From IMG/VR virus record IMGVR_UViG_3300035190_000132: DNA of 64,000 bases. One strand, written 5' to 3'. A model generated the notes under the pieces. That model was not told the origin of the DNA. It saw nothing but the letters and a program-made list of their open reading frames with translations, and did no database searches. Position 1 is the stretch's first letter; each line of letters starts with the position of its first letter. The position numbers were made by a program, and so were the translations under genes. Below, piece after piece: positions 18,359-29,058 of this stretch. The stretch is from an uncultured virus (IMG/VR IMGVR_UViG_3300035190_000132) (taxonomy: Duplodnaviria; Heunggongvirae; Uroviricota; Caudoviricetes).

Positions 18359-21300
18359 ATGCAACGTGCTGTTAATCCTCAAACTGGGGAGGTGCTGTTT
18401 CTTGTTGACAACAAATGGACTCCTCCAGCACAAACAGCTAAGAATGACGCAGGGGATACGGCATATCTAGTTGGTAATAGGTGGGAAGTTGTAAAAACCG
18501 CCCGTCTTCCAGAGCCCATTCTCTCTCCTGAAGAACAGATGATGGGAGCTGTTGGTGCTCCATCTGAAGGCGGCATTGAATCCATAGCTCCACGCAAAGA
18601 AGCTTTACAGCCATCAACAGGCGGATTAAACGCCATGACTGCGGATGAGTACCGCGCCCAAGTTGCAGCAAGAGAAGCTAAGGGCTATGACAGGACGTTA
18701 GGCGGCTCAGTTATAGATTCAGGGGTCACCCTCCTCAAGGGTGCTATTGGCCTGCCTGAAGCATTTGTTGGATTGGCTGATATACCTACACTAGGCTATG
18801 CTGGAAAAATTCTTGAGCAGGCCGGTTACAGGCCTAAGGAAGCCAAAGCAATTTTGGACACTTATTTGTCCGAAGCCCAGCAGTATGCAAACCGCCAAGT
18901 TAAAGAGACAAAAGGTTTCTTGCCAACGATTGGTGCAGCACTCCAAAACCCAAGCACGATTGCTACAGCGGTTGGAGAATCACTTCCGCAAATGCTAGGC
19001 GGCGCTGCCGTGGCCCGAGGCATATTAAAGGCTGCTCCGGCCTTGTCTCCATACCTTGCTGGCGCGGCTGGCGAAGGTGTGCTTGGTGCCGGTGCAGCTG
19101 CAGAGCAAATACGTCAAGGCACTGAGGACAAGCTGTTGACGGGTAAGCAGGCTTTGTCTGCCGTTGGCTCTGGCGTTGGCACAGCCGCATTTGGTGTGGC
19201 CGGCGGTAAATTAGCTAAAAAGTTTGGTTTTGATGATATTGATACGTTGCTAGTTGGTGGTGGAGCGCAAACTGGCTCCAAGTCAGTTAAAGACTTTGCC
19301 ACAAGAGCTACCGCATCTGGCATCTCTGAAGGTGTATTTGAGGAAATGCCACAGTCTGCACAAGAGACAATGTGGATGAACTACGCTACAGACAAACCCT
19401 TATTAGAGGGTGTGCCTGAAGCTGCCGGTATGGGCCTTGTAACTGGTGCCACCATGGGTGTTGGCGCTACGGCTGCAGGAGGCCGCAGGAAACAAGCTAC
19501 ACAAACTCCTATGCCGACTGAGGCAGCAGCCCCAATTGCCCCAGAAGTTGCCCCAATTGCCCCAATTGCGCCAGAGGTTGCCCCGCCATCTGCGTCTCAA
19601 GATACAGACGCTATGTTGCAAGAACTTTTGGCTCCCACTATATCAGTGAAAGAAGTGGAACTTACTCCAAACTTACAAGAGGAGGAGGTTGCAGAAGAGA
19701 AGCCGGCTCCAGCTATTGAGGCTCCAGCTGCCGAGGCCCCCAAAGAAGAAGCGCCCGCAGAACCTACCCTTAAAGAGCAATACGACAAAGCGGCCAAGCT
19801 TAATTTTGTGGCTTCTGATGCTTTCCGTGAGCGCCGCATTAATCAAGAGCAGTACGACAAGATTCAATCTGATTACGCACGTTTAAAAGCCGAGTATCAA
19901 GCATCGGTTCCCAAGGCTGAGTTAAATCCTATTCAACAAGAAGCTACCGATATTGCAGACAGGCTTGAAGGGCTTGGTCAGAAGCCGTTTGTAAGTGGAA
20001 TGCGTACTGCAATTGAGAAGAACCAAGTTACCGAAAAGAACCTTGAGTTTTACCGCAGCAAGCTTAAGCAAGAACAAGCCAAGCAAGGCACTCTTGAAGA
20101 GGGTGTTGAGCGCCCATCCGAGAAGTGGAGCTGGTCTAATTTTTACAGCGATGAACCAAAGGGTCAGGACAAACTTAAACTGTTTAACAGTAAAGCCAAG
20201 CCCGAAGCTAAGCAGGCCTTACAAACCATCACAGATTCAATACAAGCCGTCACAGATCGTTTGAATGATGAAGGCTATACCATGTATGGCGCTTCCGATC
20301 TGAATGTGCCCAAGGATATTAAAGATCTACGCAGCCAGATTCAAACCCTTTCGGCCAATGGTTCAATACTAATTAATAAGTTTGAGGCCTTAAATAAAGG
20401 CTTTAACCGCAGTAAGAAAACAACGAACCAAGAAAACTTGGATGCGGCCATTGAAGCGGCCAAGGTTGGTGCAGCCGAGGCGCAGAAGTCTTTACAGCGT
20501 TCTATTCCAGAGCCTCAAGAAGTTGTCGAAGCCAGAGGGGTGTTGTCACAAGCTGGCAAGCAAATAGACGAGCTGACTTACAAGTCGGGCAGTCTTTGGA
20601 GTGCATTGGCTGGCAAGCTTGATCCTGAAGAGGTCAGGGAAATCTTTGGCAGAAACCCAAGTCTTGGTAACAAGAAGCTACAAGTCACAAAGAAAAGCGG
20701 TAAGCGCGGCACATACATTACAGAGCTGGCGGCTGACGGTCTTTTAGATCCATTCTTGCCACCGGCTATGCGTCATGAGTCAAGCCGGTTTGATGCGGCT
20801 GAATCAGCTCAGTACATCAAGGATCTGGTGGGCAATAAAGACTATCTGCCACACGATGTCAAAGAAGAGATCAAGAATATTCAGGAAGGTGTTGAGCCAT
20901 TTGGCGACCTGATTGACGAATACCTAACTATTGAGGAACAGAATCGTGAACTCCAAATCGCCTTTGATGAACAAAGAGAAGCTGATCAAGCTGCTGAGAT
21001 CGTTGAGCCCGAAGGCGAGGATCGCGCTGCTGAACCAAGCGAAAGACCGGCGGGAGAGCTTGAACTCACAGCCCCTACAAAAGATGAGCTGAAGTCTAAG
21101 CAAGACGAGATTGATCGTTTGAGCAAAGAGAACGAACGCCTATCAAAAGAGGCTGAACGAAAAGCCAAGGCCGATGAAGAGGCTAAAGACTTTGTTCTGA
21201 CTGGTAGTAAGCGTGAGGCCGACCAAGCTGCAGCCCGTGGCCAGAAGGACATCTTTGCCGAGGCGCCAGCTGAAGAGGCGCCTGTAGACAATAAGCAAGA

Positions 21301-24300
21301 GATCGCTGACTTACGCGCAGAGCAGAAAGTTTTAATACGTCAAATTATTAAAGCCGGCTTGCAGGAAACCCCAGAGCAAGAAGCTCGCATGGCCGAGATC
21401 AGTAAACGTCTTGATGATCTTGAAGGTAGGGCGCCAGTTAAGCAAGCTGAGAAGCCAAAAGTTAAGCAGCGAAGCGTTGAAGAAATTCGCGAAGAACTCC
21501 AAGATTTGGAAGATGAACTTGATATTGAATTTAACAAAGACAAGAGAAAGTCTCTTGTTTCAGAAATATCCAAGCTGCAAGGCGAGTTAACTGCTGCCGA
21601 AGGTAGGGCTGCAAGAGCTGCTGCAAAAGAAAAGCCATCTGAGGAGCCGCCAGATCTTCAGCCTGCACTTGGAACAATCGAAAGACTTGCCAAAGAATAC
21701 AACGGTGAAGTTGTGTTTGGCGATGATGACTTGGGATTGGTATTGGCTTACGGCGAAAGAACCGGCGAACCCCTGTACGTTCCATACGTCAAGGACGCGA
21801 TGTTCAGGAATGACATTGAACAGTTCCCTGCCAAGTCATTTAAGCTGTCTGACGCTGACTATCAAAAGTTGGTCAATGCCAAGCGTGACCTTGAGCAGGC
21901 CGCCATTGAAAAGCACGAGAAAACCCCATTCCTAAAGATGGGTGAGGGCGTCACTGGTAGCAAAGGCATTCCGGGTAATGTTCTGTCGGTCACCAAGGGC
22001 TGGGCAAAGATGCTTAACCTGACTGGCAACATCCATGTGATGACCGATGAGGAAGCGCTGCGGGACAAGGATAAGTTTACTGGCCCACATCGTGCAATTG
22101 GTTATATCGGTTTCTTGGGTGAGCCCGGCATGGTCAAGAAGACAGGCCCAGATGAATACATTGTTGTTGTTCGTAAGAGCACAAGCACCGGCAAGACTTT
22201 AGAAGTATTGGCGCACGAGCTTGGCCACATCCACCAAGGCCAAACGTTTGAGAAGGCTGATGCCGATACAAAGAATGCGGTAATCAGAGAGTTTAATAAA
22301 TGGTTTGAGAAAAGTAAGGCCGGCACAGCTGGTGAGCTAATTAAATCAATGCGCGCCAAGCGTATGGCCAGAGCAACCAAGGGTGACATGGACATTCGTG
22401 CTTTGGATATGCAAAAACGCCAATACTGGTTTAGCTTTGGTGAATGGTATGCCGATCAAACATCCCGCTGGGCTACTACAAACACCAAACCAGTTGGTGT
22501 AGTGGAGCAATTTTTCTCAAGACTAGGGAAGGCTATCCGCAGCTTCTTTAGTAAAGCTCAGGCTTCCAAGTATTTGCCCAATGAAACCTTTGTTGAGTAC
22601 TTAGAGAAAGTATCGTCCGTTACTGACTTGACAGATCCAACAGAAGTTTTTACGGGAGATCAGATTCCTTTGTTTGCGTCTGAAGACATTGGTGGCCGAG
22701 CGCCTCCAAATACGACTCGCCGTAACTATCTGGGTGAAGAGGCTCCAGAGCCAGACATGGAAATCCCAGAGATGTCGTTCATGGACGATGTGATTTACAA
22801 GTATGGCGATAAGCTCATCGACACCAAGCGTTTGATTCAATCAATCAAAAGCACTGGCAAGAAGCTCAACGAGCAGTTTGATGCCTACATGAAGGAAGAG
22901 AACTACCATGGCCGTCTAGCCAAGCGTACTGATAGCTTCCTTAATGATGAAATGCGCCCAGTGCTTGTGGAAATGCAAGAGAAAAACGTGACGCTGGATG
23001 AGCTCGAAACGTTTTTGCTCAACCGCCACGCCAAAGAAGCCAACGCATACATTGCTAAGATCAATCCGACTGGCTTCCCTGAAGCTGGCTCTAGCGTTTC
23101 TGACGCCGATGCCGATGCCTACATGAAGGCTTTGACGCCAGAGAAGCGCAAAGATCTTACGGCCCTTGCAGCTAAGGTCGATGCTATTGTCAAGGAGACT
23201 CAGCGCGTTTTGGTGGCCAATGGCCTTGAGACTCAGGACACAATTGACGAGTGGAACAAGACATACAAGAACTACGTTCCTTTGATGCGTGACCAGCTGG
23301 ATTTTGTGCACACTGGCCGTGGCGTGATGGGTGGCTTTGCTACCCGTGGTTCAGCTTCTAAGCGCCGTGTTGGTTCTGATAAGCCTGTCATTGACATCTT
23401 TGCCAACATCGCTATGCAGCGTGAGCGCGCCTTGCGTAGGTCTGAGCAGGCCCGTGTTGGTCGTGCTTTGTACGGCATGGCTATCAAGCATCCAAACCCC
23501 GGCTTCTGGTTGGCCATCAATCCTGATGCTATCAAAGACAAAGACAAGTTGGAAGCCGAGCTGATCTCTCTGGGCCTTACGCCTGAAGATGCTCGGAACA
23601 TTATCCAAGAGCCGCGCCAGCCAATGTTTGACAAAAAGACTGGTCAGGTTAAGTATCAGGTTAACCCCCTGCTGCGCGACAGTCCTAACGTTTTCCCTGT
23701 CCGTATTAACGGCGAAGACCGCTTCATCTTCTTTAACCCCAATGACCCCCGTGCATTGCGTATGGTTGAGTCAATAAGGAACCTTGACACCGAAAGACTA
23801 AGCGATGCAATTGGTATGGCCAGTATGGTCACTCGCTGGTTTGCTTCTGTTAATACCCAGTACAACGTTGTGTTTGGTGCTGTTAACTTCTTACGCGACC
23901 TTAGTGCTGCGTCCCTTAACTTGTCAACGACAGAGATTGCTGGCAAGGAAAAGCAAGTGCGGGCCAACGTTCTGCCGGCCCTGCGCGCGATCTATCGTGA
24001 TCTGCGCGGCAAGGGTGCGACTACCGAAGCGATGGCAGAAATGCAGGATTGGTTTGAGCGTTTCCAACTGGCCGGCGGTCAGACTGGTTATCAGAATCAG
24101 TTTGCAGAGACAAAGCGTAAAGGTAATGTTGTTGAGCAAGAGCTGAAGCGCCTCAACCGTGGCAACGTCAAAAAGTCTGTTGATGCGATATTTGACTGGT
24201 TGTCAGACTACAACGATGCCATTGAGAATTCGATTCGTTTGTCTGCGTTTAAAGTTGCTGTTGAAAGCGGTTTAAGCGAAGACAAGGCGGCCAGCATTGC

Positions 24301-25441
24301 CAAGAACCTGACTGTTAACTTCAACCGTAAGGGCGCTAAGACTGGCCTTATCTCTGCCTTGTATGCGTTCTTTAACGCTGCAATTCAGGGTAGCGCTCGC
24401 ATGGTGGAAACACTGCGCGGGCCTATGGGTAAGAAGATCATCTTTGGCGGTATGTTCCTTGGATCTATGCAGGCCATTGCTTTGGCCATGGCTGGGTTTG
24501 ATGACGATGAACCACCAGAGTTTGTCAAAGACAAGAACTTAATCCTGCCTACCTTCGGTATTGGTGGTGAGAAGAAGTATTTGTCTATTCCAATGCCGCT
24601 AGGTTTTAATATGTTCCCCGGCTTTGGTCGCCTTGCCATGGAGACATTACTCATTGAAACCGGCATGATCAGAAGTCGAAAAGGCCCGGGCGATAAAGTT
24701 ATGAGCGCGGTGTCTTTGGTGTTTGATGCGTTCAACCCGCTGGGTGGTTCTGGTAATCCTTTGTTGATGGCTTTCCCTACGATTGCCGATCCGCTTGTTG
24801 CGATCTACACCAACAAAGATTCCTTTGGGCGCCCAATCTACAGAGAAGACAGGGGAACAGCGCCTACGCCCGGCTACGAGCGTTCGCGTGAGAACGCCAG
24901 CATTTTGAGTAAGAAGCTTGCCGAGGCAATTAACTATGTAACTTCGCCAGCAGGCACCAAGCACACCAAAGGATTCTTTAGTCCTACTGCCGATGAAATT
25001 GATTACTTCGTTGGTCAGATCACCGGTGGTGTTGGTCGAGAGATCATGAAGATTGGTGAGTTTGCCAAGTCAAAGGCGGTCACTCAAGAGGAAATTCCAG
25101 CCTACAGACTCCCTGTTGTTGGCCGCTTCTACGGCGAGGCCGAGTCACCAGCTGCTACTCGATCAAGGTTCTATGAAAATGTAACCGCAATGGCCAAGCA
25201 TGAGTATGAGATTAAGGGCTTGCGTAAAGACAGGGTGAGCCCAGCTGATTACGTCAAGGCTAACCCGGAGGCCAGACTCTGGCAGCGGGCTAACAATGTT
25301 GAAAATCAGATCGTTAAGCTGAATAAAGAAAAGAAAGCGCTGATTGAAAAGGATGCCCCAAGGGAGGCGGTCAAGCGCAAAGAAGACGAGATCTTAAGAA
25401 AGATGACTGAGTTCAACAATCAGGTTAGACGGGGCCAATAA
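18359..25441 (+). CDS. Giant internal virion / large polyvalent protein (zincin-like HExxH; LPD38-like C-terminus)
   Basis: 2360 aa; VLAHELGH motif; C-terminal KNLTVNFNRKG, LYAFFNAAIQG, IPMPLGFN. Confidence 0.7.
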   Translation: MQRAVNPQTGEVLFLVDNKWTPPAQTAKNDAGDTAYLVGNRWEVVKTARLPEPILSPEEQMMGAVGAPSEGGIESIAPRKEALQPSTGGLNAMTADEYRAQVAAREAKGYDRTLGGSVIDSGVTLLKGAIGLPEAFVGLADIPTLGYAGKILEQAGYRPKEAKAILDTYLSEAQQYANRQVKETKGFLPTIGAALQNPSTIATAVGESLPQMLGGAAVARGILKAAPALSPYLAGAAGEGVLGAGAAAEQIRQGTEDKLLTGKQALSAVGSGVGTAAFGVAGGKLAKKFGFDDIDTLLVGGGAQTGSKSVKDFATRATASGISEGVFEEMPQSAQETMWMNYATDKPLLEGVPEAAGMGLVTGATMGVGATAAGGRRKQATQTPMPTEAAAPIAPEVAPIAPIAPEVAPPSASQDTDAMLQELLAPTISVKEVELTPNLQEEEVAEEKPAPAIEAPAAEAPKEEAPAEPTLKEQYDKAAKLNFVASDAFRERRINQEQYDKIQSDYARLKAEYQASVPKAELNPIQQEATDIADRLEGLGQKPFVSGMRTAIEKNQVTEKNLEFYRSKLKQEQAKQGTLEEGVERPSEKWSWSNFYSDEPKGQDKLKLFNSKAKPEAKQALQTITDSIQAVTDRLNDEGYTMYGASDLNVPKDIKDLRSQIQTLSANGSILINKFEALNKGFNRSKKTTNQENLDAAIEAAKVGAAEAQKSLQRSIPEPQEVVEARGVLSQAGKQIDELTYKSGSLWSALAGKLDPEEVREIFGRNPSLGNKKLQVTKKSGKRGTYITELAADGLLDPFLPPAMRHESSRFDAAESAQYIKDLVGNKDYLPHDVKEEIKNIQEGVEPFGDLIDEYLTIEEQNRELQIAFDEQREADQAAEIVEPEGEDRAAEPSERPAGELELTAPTKDELKSKQDEIDRLSKENERLSKEAERKAKADEEAKDFVLTGSKREADQAAARGQKDIFAEAPAEEAPVDNKQEIADLRAEQKVLIRQIIKAGLQETPEQEARMAEISKRLDDLEGRAPVKQAEKPKVKQRSVEEIREELQDLEDELDIEFNKDKRKSLVSEISKLQGELTAAEGRAARAAAKEKPSEEPPDLQPALGTIERLAKEYNGEVVFGDDDLGLVLAYGERTGEPLYVPYVKDAMFRNDIEQFPAKSFKLSDADYQKLVNAKRDLEQAAIEKHEKTPFLKMGEGVTGSKGIPGNVLSVTKGWAKMLNLTGNIHVMTDEEALRDKDKFTGPHRAIGYIGFLGEPGMVKKTGPDEYIVVVRKSTSTGKTLEVLAHELGHIHQGQTFEKADADTKNAVIREFNKWFEKSKAGTAGELIKSMRAKRMARATKGDMDIRALDMQKRQYWFSFGEWYADQTSRWATTNTKPVGVVEQFFSRLGKAIRSFFSKAQASKYLPNETFVEYLEKVSSVTDLTDPTEVFTGDQIPLFASEDIGGRAPPNTTRRNYLGEEAPEPDMEIPEMSFMDDVIYKYGDKLIDTKRLIQSIKSTGKKLNEQFDAYMKEENYHGRLAKRTDSFLNDEMRPVLVEMQEKNVTLDELETFLLNRHAKEANAYIAKINPTGFPEAGSSVSDADADAYMKALTPEKRKDLTALAAKVDAIVKETQRVLVANGLETQDTIDEWNKTYKNYVPLMRDQLDFVHTGRGVMGGFATRGSASKRRVGSDKPVIDIFANIAMQRERALRRSEQARVGRALYGMAIKHPNPGFWLAINPDAIKDKDKLEAELISLGLTPEDARNIIQEPRQPMFDKKTGQVKYQVNPLLRDSPNVFPVRINGEDRFIFFNPNDPRALRMVESIRNLDTERLSDAIGMASMVTRWFASVNTQYNVVFGAVNFLRDLSAASLNLSTTEIAGKEKQVRANVLPALRAIYRDLRGKGATTEAMAEMQDWFERFQLAGGQTGYQNQFAETKRKGNVVEQELKRLNRGNVKKSVDAIFDWLSDYNDAIENSIRLSAFKVAVESGLSEDKAASIAKNLTVNFNRKGAKTGLISALYAFFNAAIQGSARMVETLRGPMGKKIIFGGMFLGSMQAIALAMAGFDDDEPPEFVKDKNLILPTFGIGGEKKYLSIPMPLGFNMFPGFGRLAMETLLIETGMIRSRKGPGDKVMSAVSLVFDAFNPLGGSGNPLLMAFPTIADPLVAIYTNKDSFGRPIYREDRGTAPTPGYERSRENASILSKKLAEAINYVTSPAGTKHTKGFFSPTADEIDYFVGQITGGVGREIMKIGEFAKSKAVTQEEIPAYRLPVVGRFYGEAESPAATRSRFYENVTAMAKHEYEIKGLRKDRVSPADYVKANPEARLWQRANNVENQIVKLNKEKKALIEKDAPREAVKRKEDEILRKMTEFNNQVRRGQ

Positions 25442-25712
25442 TCCCCTGCTCAAAGAATAGGCCCAGTGTCTTGCGGTGTGCGTCCTCCCACATCTCAACA
25501 CGCTGGGCCTTATCCATCTTAGAGCCCTGATCTAACTCCATATGGCACCGATAGCACAATGACGCTATGCGGTAATCGTGAGCCTTGAGGCCACGGCCTT
25601 TGCCGTCCCGCAGCTGGTTACTGTGGGCGGCTACCACTGTTCCATCACTCACCCCGCAGTGCTGGCACGGCAGGAGCCTTGCGGCTTTTAGAAGTTTTTC
25701 GTTTCGATACAT
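25425..25712 (-). CDS. Zn-binding HNH-like protein (DUF1364/DUF968-type)
   Basis: PCQHCG, VAAHSN, GKGRGLKAHD, LCYRCH. Confidence 0.7.
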   Translation of the reverse strand: MYRNEKLLKAARLLPCQHCGVSDGTVVAAHSNQLRDGKGRGLKAHDYRIASLCYRCHMELDQGSKMDKAQRVEMWEDAHRKTLGLFFEQGIIGPV

Positions 25713-25810
25713 TTGGTTTACAGTCATAGCACACCCAGCGGTTGCCTTTTGGATCTACAAGTTTGCCGTGGTCTAAGGGTTTGGAATGCTCACAGGTAGC
25801 GCAGTAGCGT

Positions 25811-26020
25811 TTACCGTAGATCCTCATGTTTTCTGACATTGCGTTTGCCTTTCTTGATTGCGGCCAGTCCTTCTTCGGGTTCTTTTCTCGCTTCCATCCA
25901 TTGATCGGCTAGTTCGTATGCTGCCTCGGCCAGATTCTCACCTTCCCTATTACGGATGATGAGGCCGGCCAAAGCAAACATAGACGCCAGATCTCGCAGA
26001 TTGGTGTCGTGTTCAGTCAT
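25811..26020 (-). CDS. Hypothetical protein
   Basis: LRDLASMFALAG...AYELADQW motif, similar to 30428-30706. Confidence 0.6.
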   Translation of the reverse strand: MTEHDTNLRDLASMFALAGLIIRNREGENLAEAAYELADQWMEARKEPEEGLAAIKKGKRNVRKHEDLR

Positions 26021-26247
26021 TAGTGAACCTCTTTATCGGTGTGTTCCTTGCGGATATTTCTAAGCGTGTCGCGGAAAGCAGCCGTTGCCTGCTCGTCATC
26101 GTCCATGCCCAGCTCCACCAGCAATTCACAAAGAAGCTTGCTCAATGAAATGACTGCAACGATTGGATCGCTGCATTCTGTGTTCATTAGGGCAGAGCTC
26201 AAAGCTTTGTCCATGGCTATAACTTGGTCGGTAATGTCTTCCATCAC
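26020..26247 (-). CDS. Hypothetical protein
   Basis: Translationally coupled ORF in the leftward operon. Confidence 0.55.
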   Translation of the reverse strand: MMEDITDQVIAMDKALSSALMNTECSDPIVAVISLSKLLCELLVELGMDDDEQATAAFRDTLRNIRKEHTDKEVH

Positions 26248-26528
26248 ATCTCCAGTTCTTTAATCTGATCTGCCAGCACATCGGCCAAGTACTTGCCACG
26301 AATGGCAATGTGCTCGATCTCTTTGCAGGCATCAATCTCTTTGACACAGTCTTTGAGCGCCTTGTTGTACCCGGACTTGAAGTTATCGTCACCATCAACG
26401 ATCATGCAAATGGCGTCACGCACCATAGAAGATGCTTTACGCTGCTTGGCAAGCTCCTTGATCTTGTCGTAATACTCCACTGGCAAGTAGACGCTGTAAG
26501 GGATTAGTTTCTTCATGCTTTCCTCCAA
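26244..26528 (-). CDS. Possible ribbon-helix-helix DNA-binding protein
   Basis: YSVYLP.E.YDKIKELAK...SSMVRDAI pattern. Confidence 0.5.
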   Translation of the reverse strand: MEESMKKLIPYSVYLPVEYYDKIKELAKQRKASSMVRDAICMIVDGDDNFKSGYNKALKDCVKEIDACKEIEHIAIRGKYLADVLADQIKELEM

Positions 26529-26935
26529 GCTTCGAAGCTGGTTCGCAATTGGTTAAATAAATGGCGGGCTTCTTCGTTGGTTTTCAGCTCTTTGCGGGAC
26601 TCTATGTCCAAATAGGATGAAACCCACTCGGCACAAGCCTTCTCGTTCTTCTCCAATAGCCACTCTTTCTGGTGCAGCCACTCCCAAAAGTCTGGGTCAC
26701 GGCACAGAATGCCAGCCATCTTCACCGCATGATCACCGGGAAACTCATTCTCCCGGTTCATTGGTTGTTCGTCATCACCCAGTCTGACCATCACAACAAC
26801 ATAGCGCGAGCCTACAAAGTCGCGCATGAGGTCGTTGTGCAGCTCGTCAGGGTGAACAGCCAAAGACAGCATATAGCCGTCCTTGGATTGCTTCAGGCCC
26901 GTCTTAATTGCTTCGAACTGGATTGGATCGGACAA
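26513..26935 (-). CDS. Hypothetical protein
   Basis: AGILCRDPDFWEW, IESRKEL; coupled in operon. Confidence 0.65.
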   Translation of the reverse strand: MSDPIQFEAIKTGLKQSKDGYMLSLAVHPDELHNDLMRDFVGSRYVVVMVRLGDDEQPMNRENEFPGDHAVKMAGILCRDPDFWEWLHQKEWLLEKNEKACAEWVSSYLDIESRKELKTNEEARHLFNQLRTSFEAWRKA

Positions 26936-27128
26936 TTTGTAACTCCAAGTACTTGATCACGCCTACGGACATGGTCAGCTGCTCTTCTAGCTTGGCAATA
27001 TGGCCTTCAAGGTTGTCAATGTCGGCGCGCAACTTCATCTCGTCTTTCATTTGCGACTCAAGAGCGCTGTTCAGATTGGTGCAGATCTTCACCCACTCAG
27101 CGTGGGATTTTTGTTTGGCTTTAGTCAT
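26904..27128 (-). CDS. Coiled-coil hypothetical protein
   Basis: Heptad pattern; coupled in operon. Confidence 0.5.
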   Translation of the reverse strand: MTKAKQKSHAEWVKICTNLNSALESQMKDEMKLRADIDNLEGHIAKLEEQLTMSVGVIKYLELQIVRSNPVRSN

Positions 27129-27384
27129 CCCATGGATCCTTTGCGCTAGAGGCTGCAGGGGGCGCCGCCTTCATGTTATCCAGCTTCAGGCTTACCTTGC
27201 GGTTGCCGTCCTTATCCTTGCCAAGCCATGCACCCAACTTGATAACAACGTGATCTGACTCTGCGCTGGCCAGCAGCTCTTTGAAAAGGTCAAGCTCAAT
27301 CTTGAGGTCGCCCTTCATGTCTGGCTGTATGTCTGTCTTCTTGTAGCTGTTAGTCCACAAGGTTCCGCGATTTGGATAGTCCAT
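27121..27384 (-). CDS. Small ssDNA-binding-like protein (DUF736-like)
   Basis: GTLWTN..K...QPDMKG, AWLG, acidic DPWDD tail; adjacent to the ERF gene. Confidence 0.55.
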   Translation of the reverse strand: MDYPNRGTLWTNSYKKTDIQPDMKGDLKIELDLFKELLASAESDHVVIKLGAWLGKDKDGNRKVSLKLDNMKAAPPAASSAKDPWDD

Positions 27385-27394
27385 TATTTACTCC

Positions 27395-28102
27395 TTAAAA
27401 AAATGATTTCTTAGCTTTTGTAAAGTTGTCAATGACGTTGTCATAAACAATTGGGTTCAGCGTTTTGAGCTTGTCGTATAGAGGCTTGTTGATTTGAAAC
27501 ATCTGCTTGAGCTGGTCGGCACTGGTGGCCAAACCCATCTTTAAGTTGTTCATGCGAACCATCAGGTCAATCCATTCTTCTGAACTTTCAGGAGCATCAA
27601 CAATGATCGTCCAGTCCGGGGGCTCCACGTGCTGGGGTGGAATAGGGTCTGGGCGCTGTTTAACGGGCTTTTGGGCGGGTTTTTCAGCTGGCGCAGGGGT
27701 TTGTGTGGCCGCAGGCTTTGGCGCTTCTACAGGAGGTGCGGAATCTACTGCGTCCCCTTCGACTAGCTCCATGGCGGCCATCCATAAATAACGGCGTTGG
27801 TAGCTCAAAACGGCGCCCAAATTTTGGATGGGGTGTGCGCCTTTGAGGTTTGCCTCGGCCATTGGGCTGGTGATCACAATGACTGTGCCGTCATCTGTAT
27901 CGGTGATGCAGAGCTGGGCATACTCGGTGCTAAACGTCACGACACCGCACAGGCCAAGGTCGTTAAAGATGTTCTGAACATGGGGGATGAAGTCGCCCAG
28001 CTCAAAGTATGAGTAGCCGGCAAACTTGTTCTGGCCAGACTTCTTCATCTCTACAGACAGAAGCTTGACCCTCGCTTGCATAAGTTTTTTATGAACTGAC
28101 AT
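27395..28102 (-). CDS. ERF-family ssDNA annealing protein
   Basis: KSGQNKFAGYSYFELGD, IQNLGAVLSYQRRYL. Confidence 0.88.
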   Translation of the reverse strand: MSVHKKLMQARVKLLSVEMKKSGQNKFAGYSYFELGDFIPHVQNIFNDLGLCGVVTFSTEYAQLCITDTDDGTVIVITSPMAEANLKGAHPIQNLGAVLSYQRRYLWMAAMELVEGDAVDSAPPVEAPKPAATQTPAPAEKPAQKPVKQRPDPIPPQHVEPPDWTIIVDAPESSEEWIDLMVRMNNLKMGLATSADQLKQMFQINKPLYDKLKTLNPIVYDNVIDNFTKAKKSFF

Positions 28103-28982
28103 TGTTTTCCTTTGTTGTTAAATACTCTTTGTATTGGTTACAAAACCTACTGACAGAGCAGAATTCCGCGCAGCGCGTTCTCTCCCCTTGCCTGACTATG
28201 ATTTCGTAATCCTTTCCATACTCGGCCACCTTGGCCTGAGCTTCCTCATCGGTAGCGCAAACGTTTCTTGCTTTGACATTACCAATCTTTTTCACTGCGT
28301 ATGTTGTAGGCTTCTCCCAAGTCTGGTCGGGCGTACAAAATGGCAGCTCATCCCCTGTCTCCAAGTCAAATAATGCGTTGGAGTGTTCTTTAATTCGTTC
28401 CTGAATAAATGCTTCGCGCTCTTCCATTGGCCACAGGCGAATGGGGATCACCTTGATCGGTGCGTCAGGGTAGTTGGCCTTCATGGCTGCGTCCCGCCGT
28501 GACCAGTCTCTGATGATAGCCACGATCTCCAGCTTGGAAACCTTGGTCTGTTTAACTTTCTCCACAAGCCAAGCGTAGATGTTGAGCTGATACTCCCAGT
28601 CAATCTTCTCATTCATTACAGACCATGCGCCTGTAGTCTTGTAATCATTGATTGTCAGGGTGCCATCTTCGTTGACGATCTGCAGATCAATAGCTCCAGA
28701 GATAGACCAGCCGTCAATCTTTGTGTGTAAGCGCTCTTCGATCAGGTGGTTCTCATCGGCACCATGCTCAAGGACGCCATGGATAGCCGTGCCAAAGATA
28801 GACCAGACCATCTCTGTAACGTCAGTCTCGATCTTGTCTTCGTGCAGTTTACGCAGCTGGACGATGCGCGGTGAGTTGATCAGCTCGGTGGCTGATATGT
28901 TGGCCTTACCCTTGGAATAGGTAGGCCGCTTCATGATGTTCACGAAGGTCTGTGGTAAGTTGTATTTGTTTGTGATGATCAC
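28089..28982 (-). CDS. PD-(D/E)XK recombination exonuclease (Cas4-like fold)
   Basis: GTAIH, ISGAID, DYKTT, QLNIY, C-terminal Cys cluster; GTG start at 28982 behind AGGAG. Confidence 0.8.
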   Translation of the reverse strand: MIITNKYNLPQTFVNIMKRPTYSKGKANISATELINSPRIVQLRKLHEDKIETDVTEMVWSIFGTAIHGVLEHGADENHLIEERLHTKIDGWSISGAIDLQIVNEDGTLTINDYKTTGAWSVMNEKIDWEYQLNIYAWLVEKVKQTKVSKLEIVAIIRDWSRRDAAMKANYPDAPIKVIPIRLWPMEEREAFIQERIKEHSNALFDLETGDELPFCTPDQTWEKPTTYAVKKIGNVKARNVCATDEEAQAKVAEYGKDYEIIVRQGERTRCAEFCSVSRFCNQYKEYLTTKENNVSS

Positions 28983-29058
28983 AATTTGCTCCTGTATAAT
29001 CGGCAACACATTGTACCTACATACTTTCATGTCTTGCAATACTTTTAGAAAGAAATTT

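Noticed and set aside
18379..24964. Numerous short ORFs antisense to or nested in the 2360-aa gene
   Set aside because: Shadow ORFs with no RBS or recognisable motifs.
28089..28982. Cas4 as part of a CRISPR locus
   Set aside because: It sits with ERF, an SSB-like gene and RuvC in a typical phage recombination module, on the opposite strand from the array. The ORF-track extension to 29231 overlaps RuvC and is unlikely.
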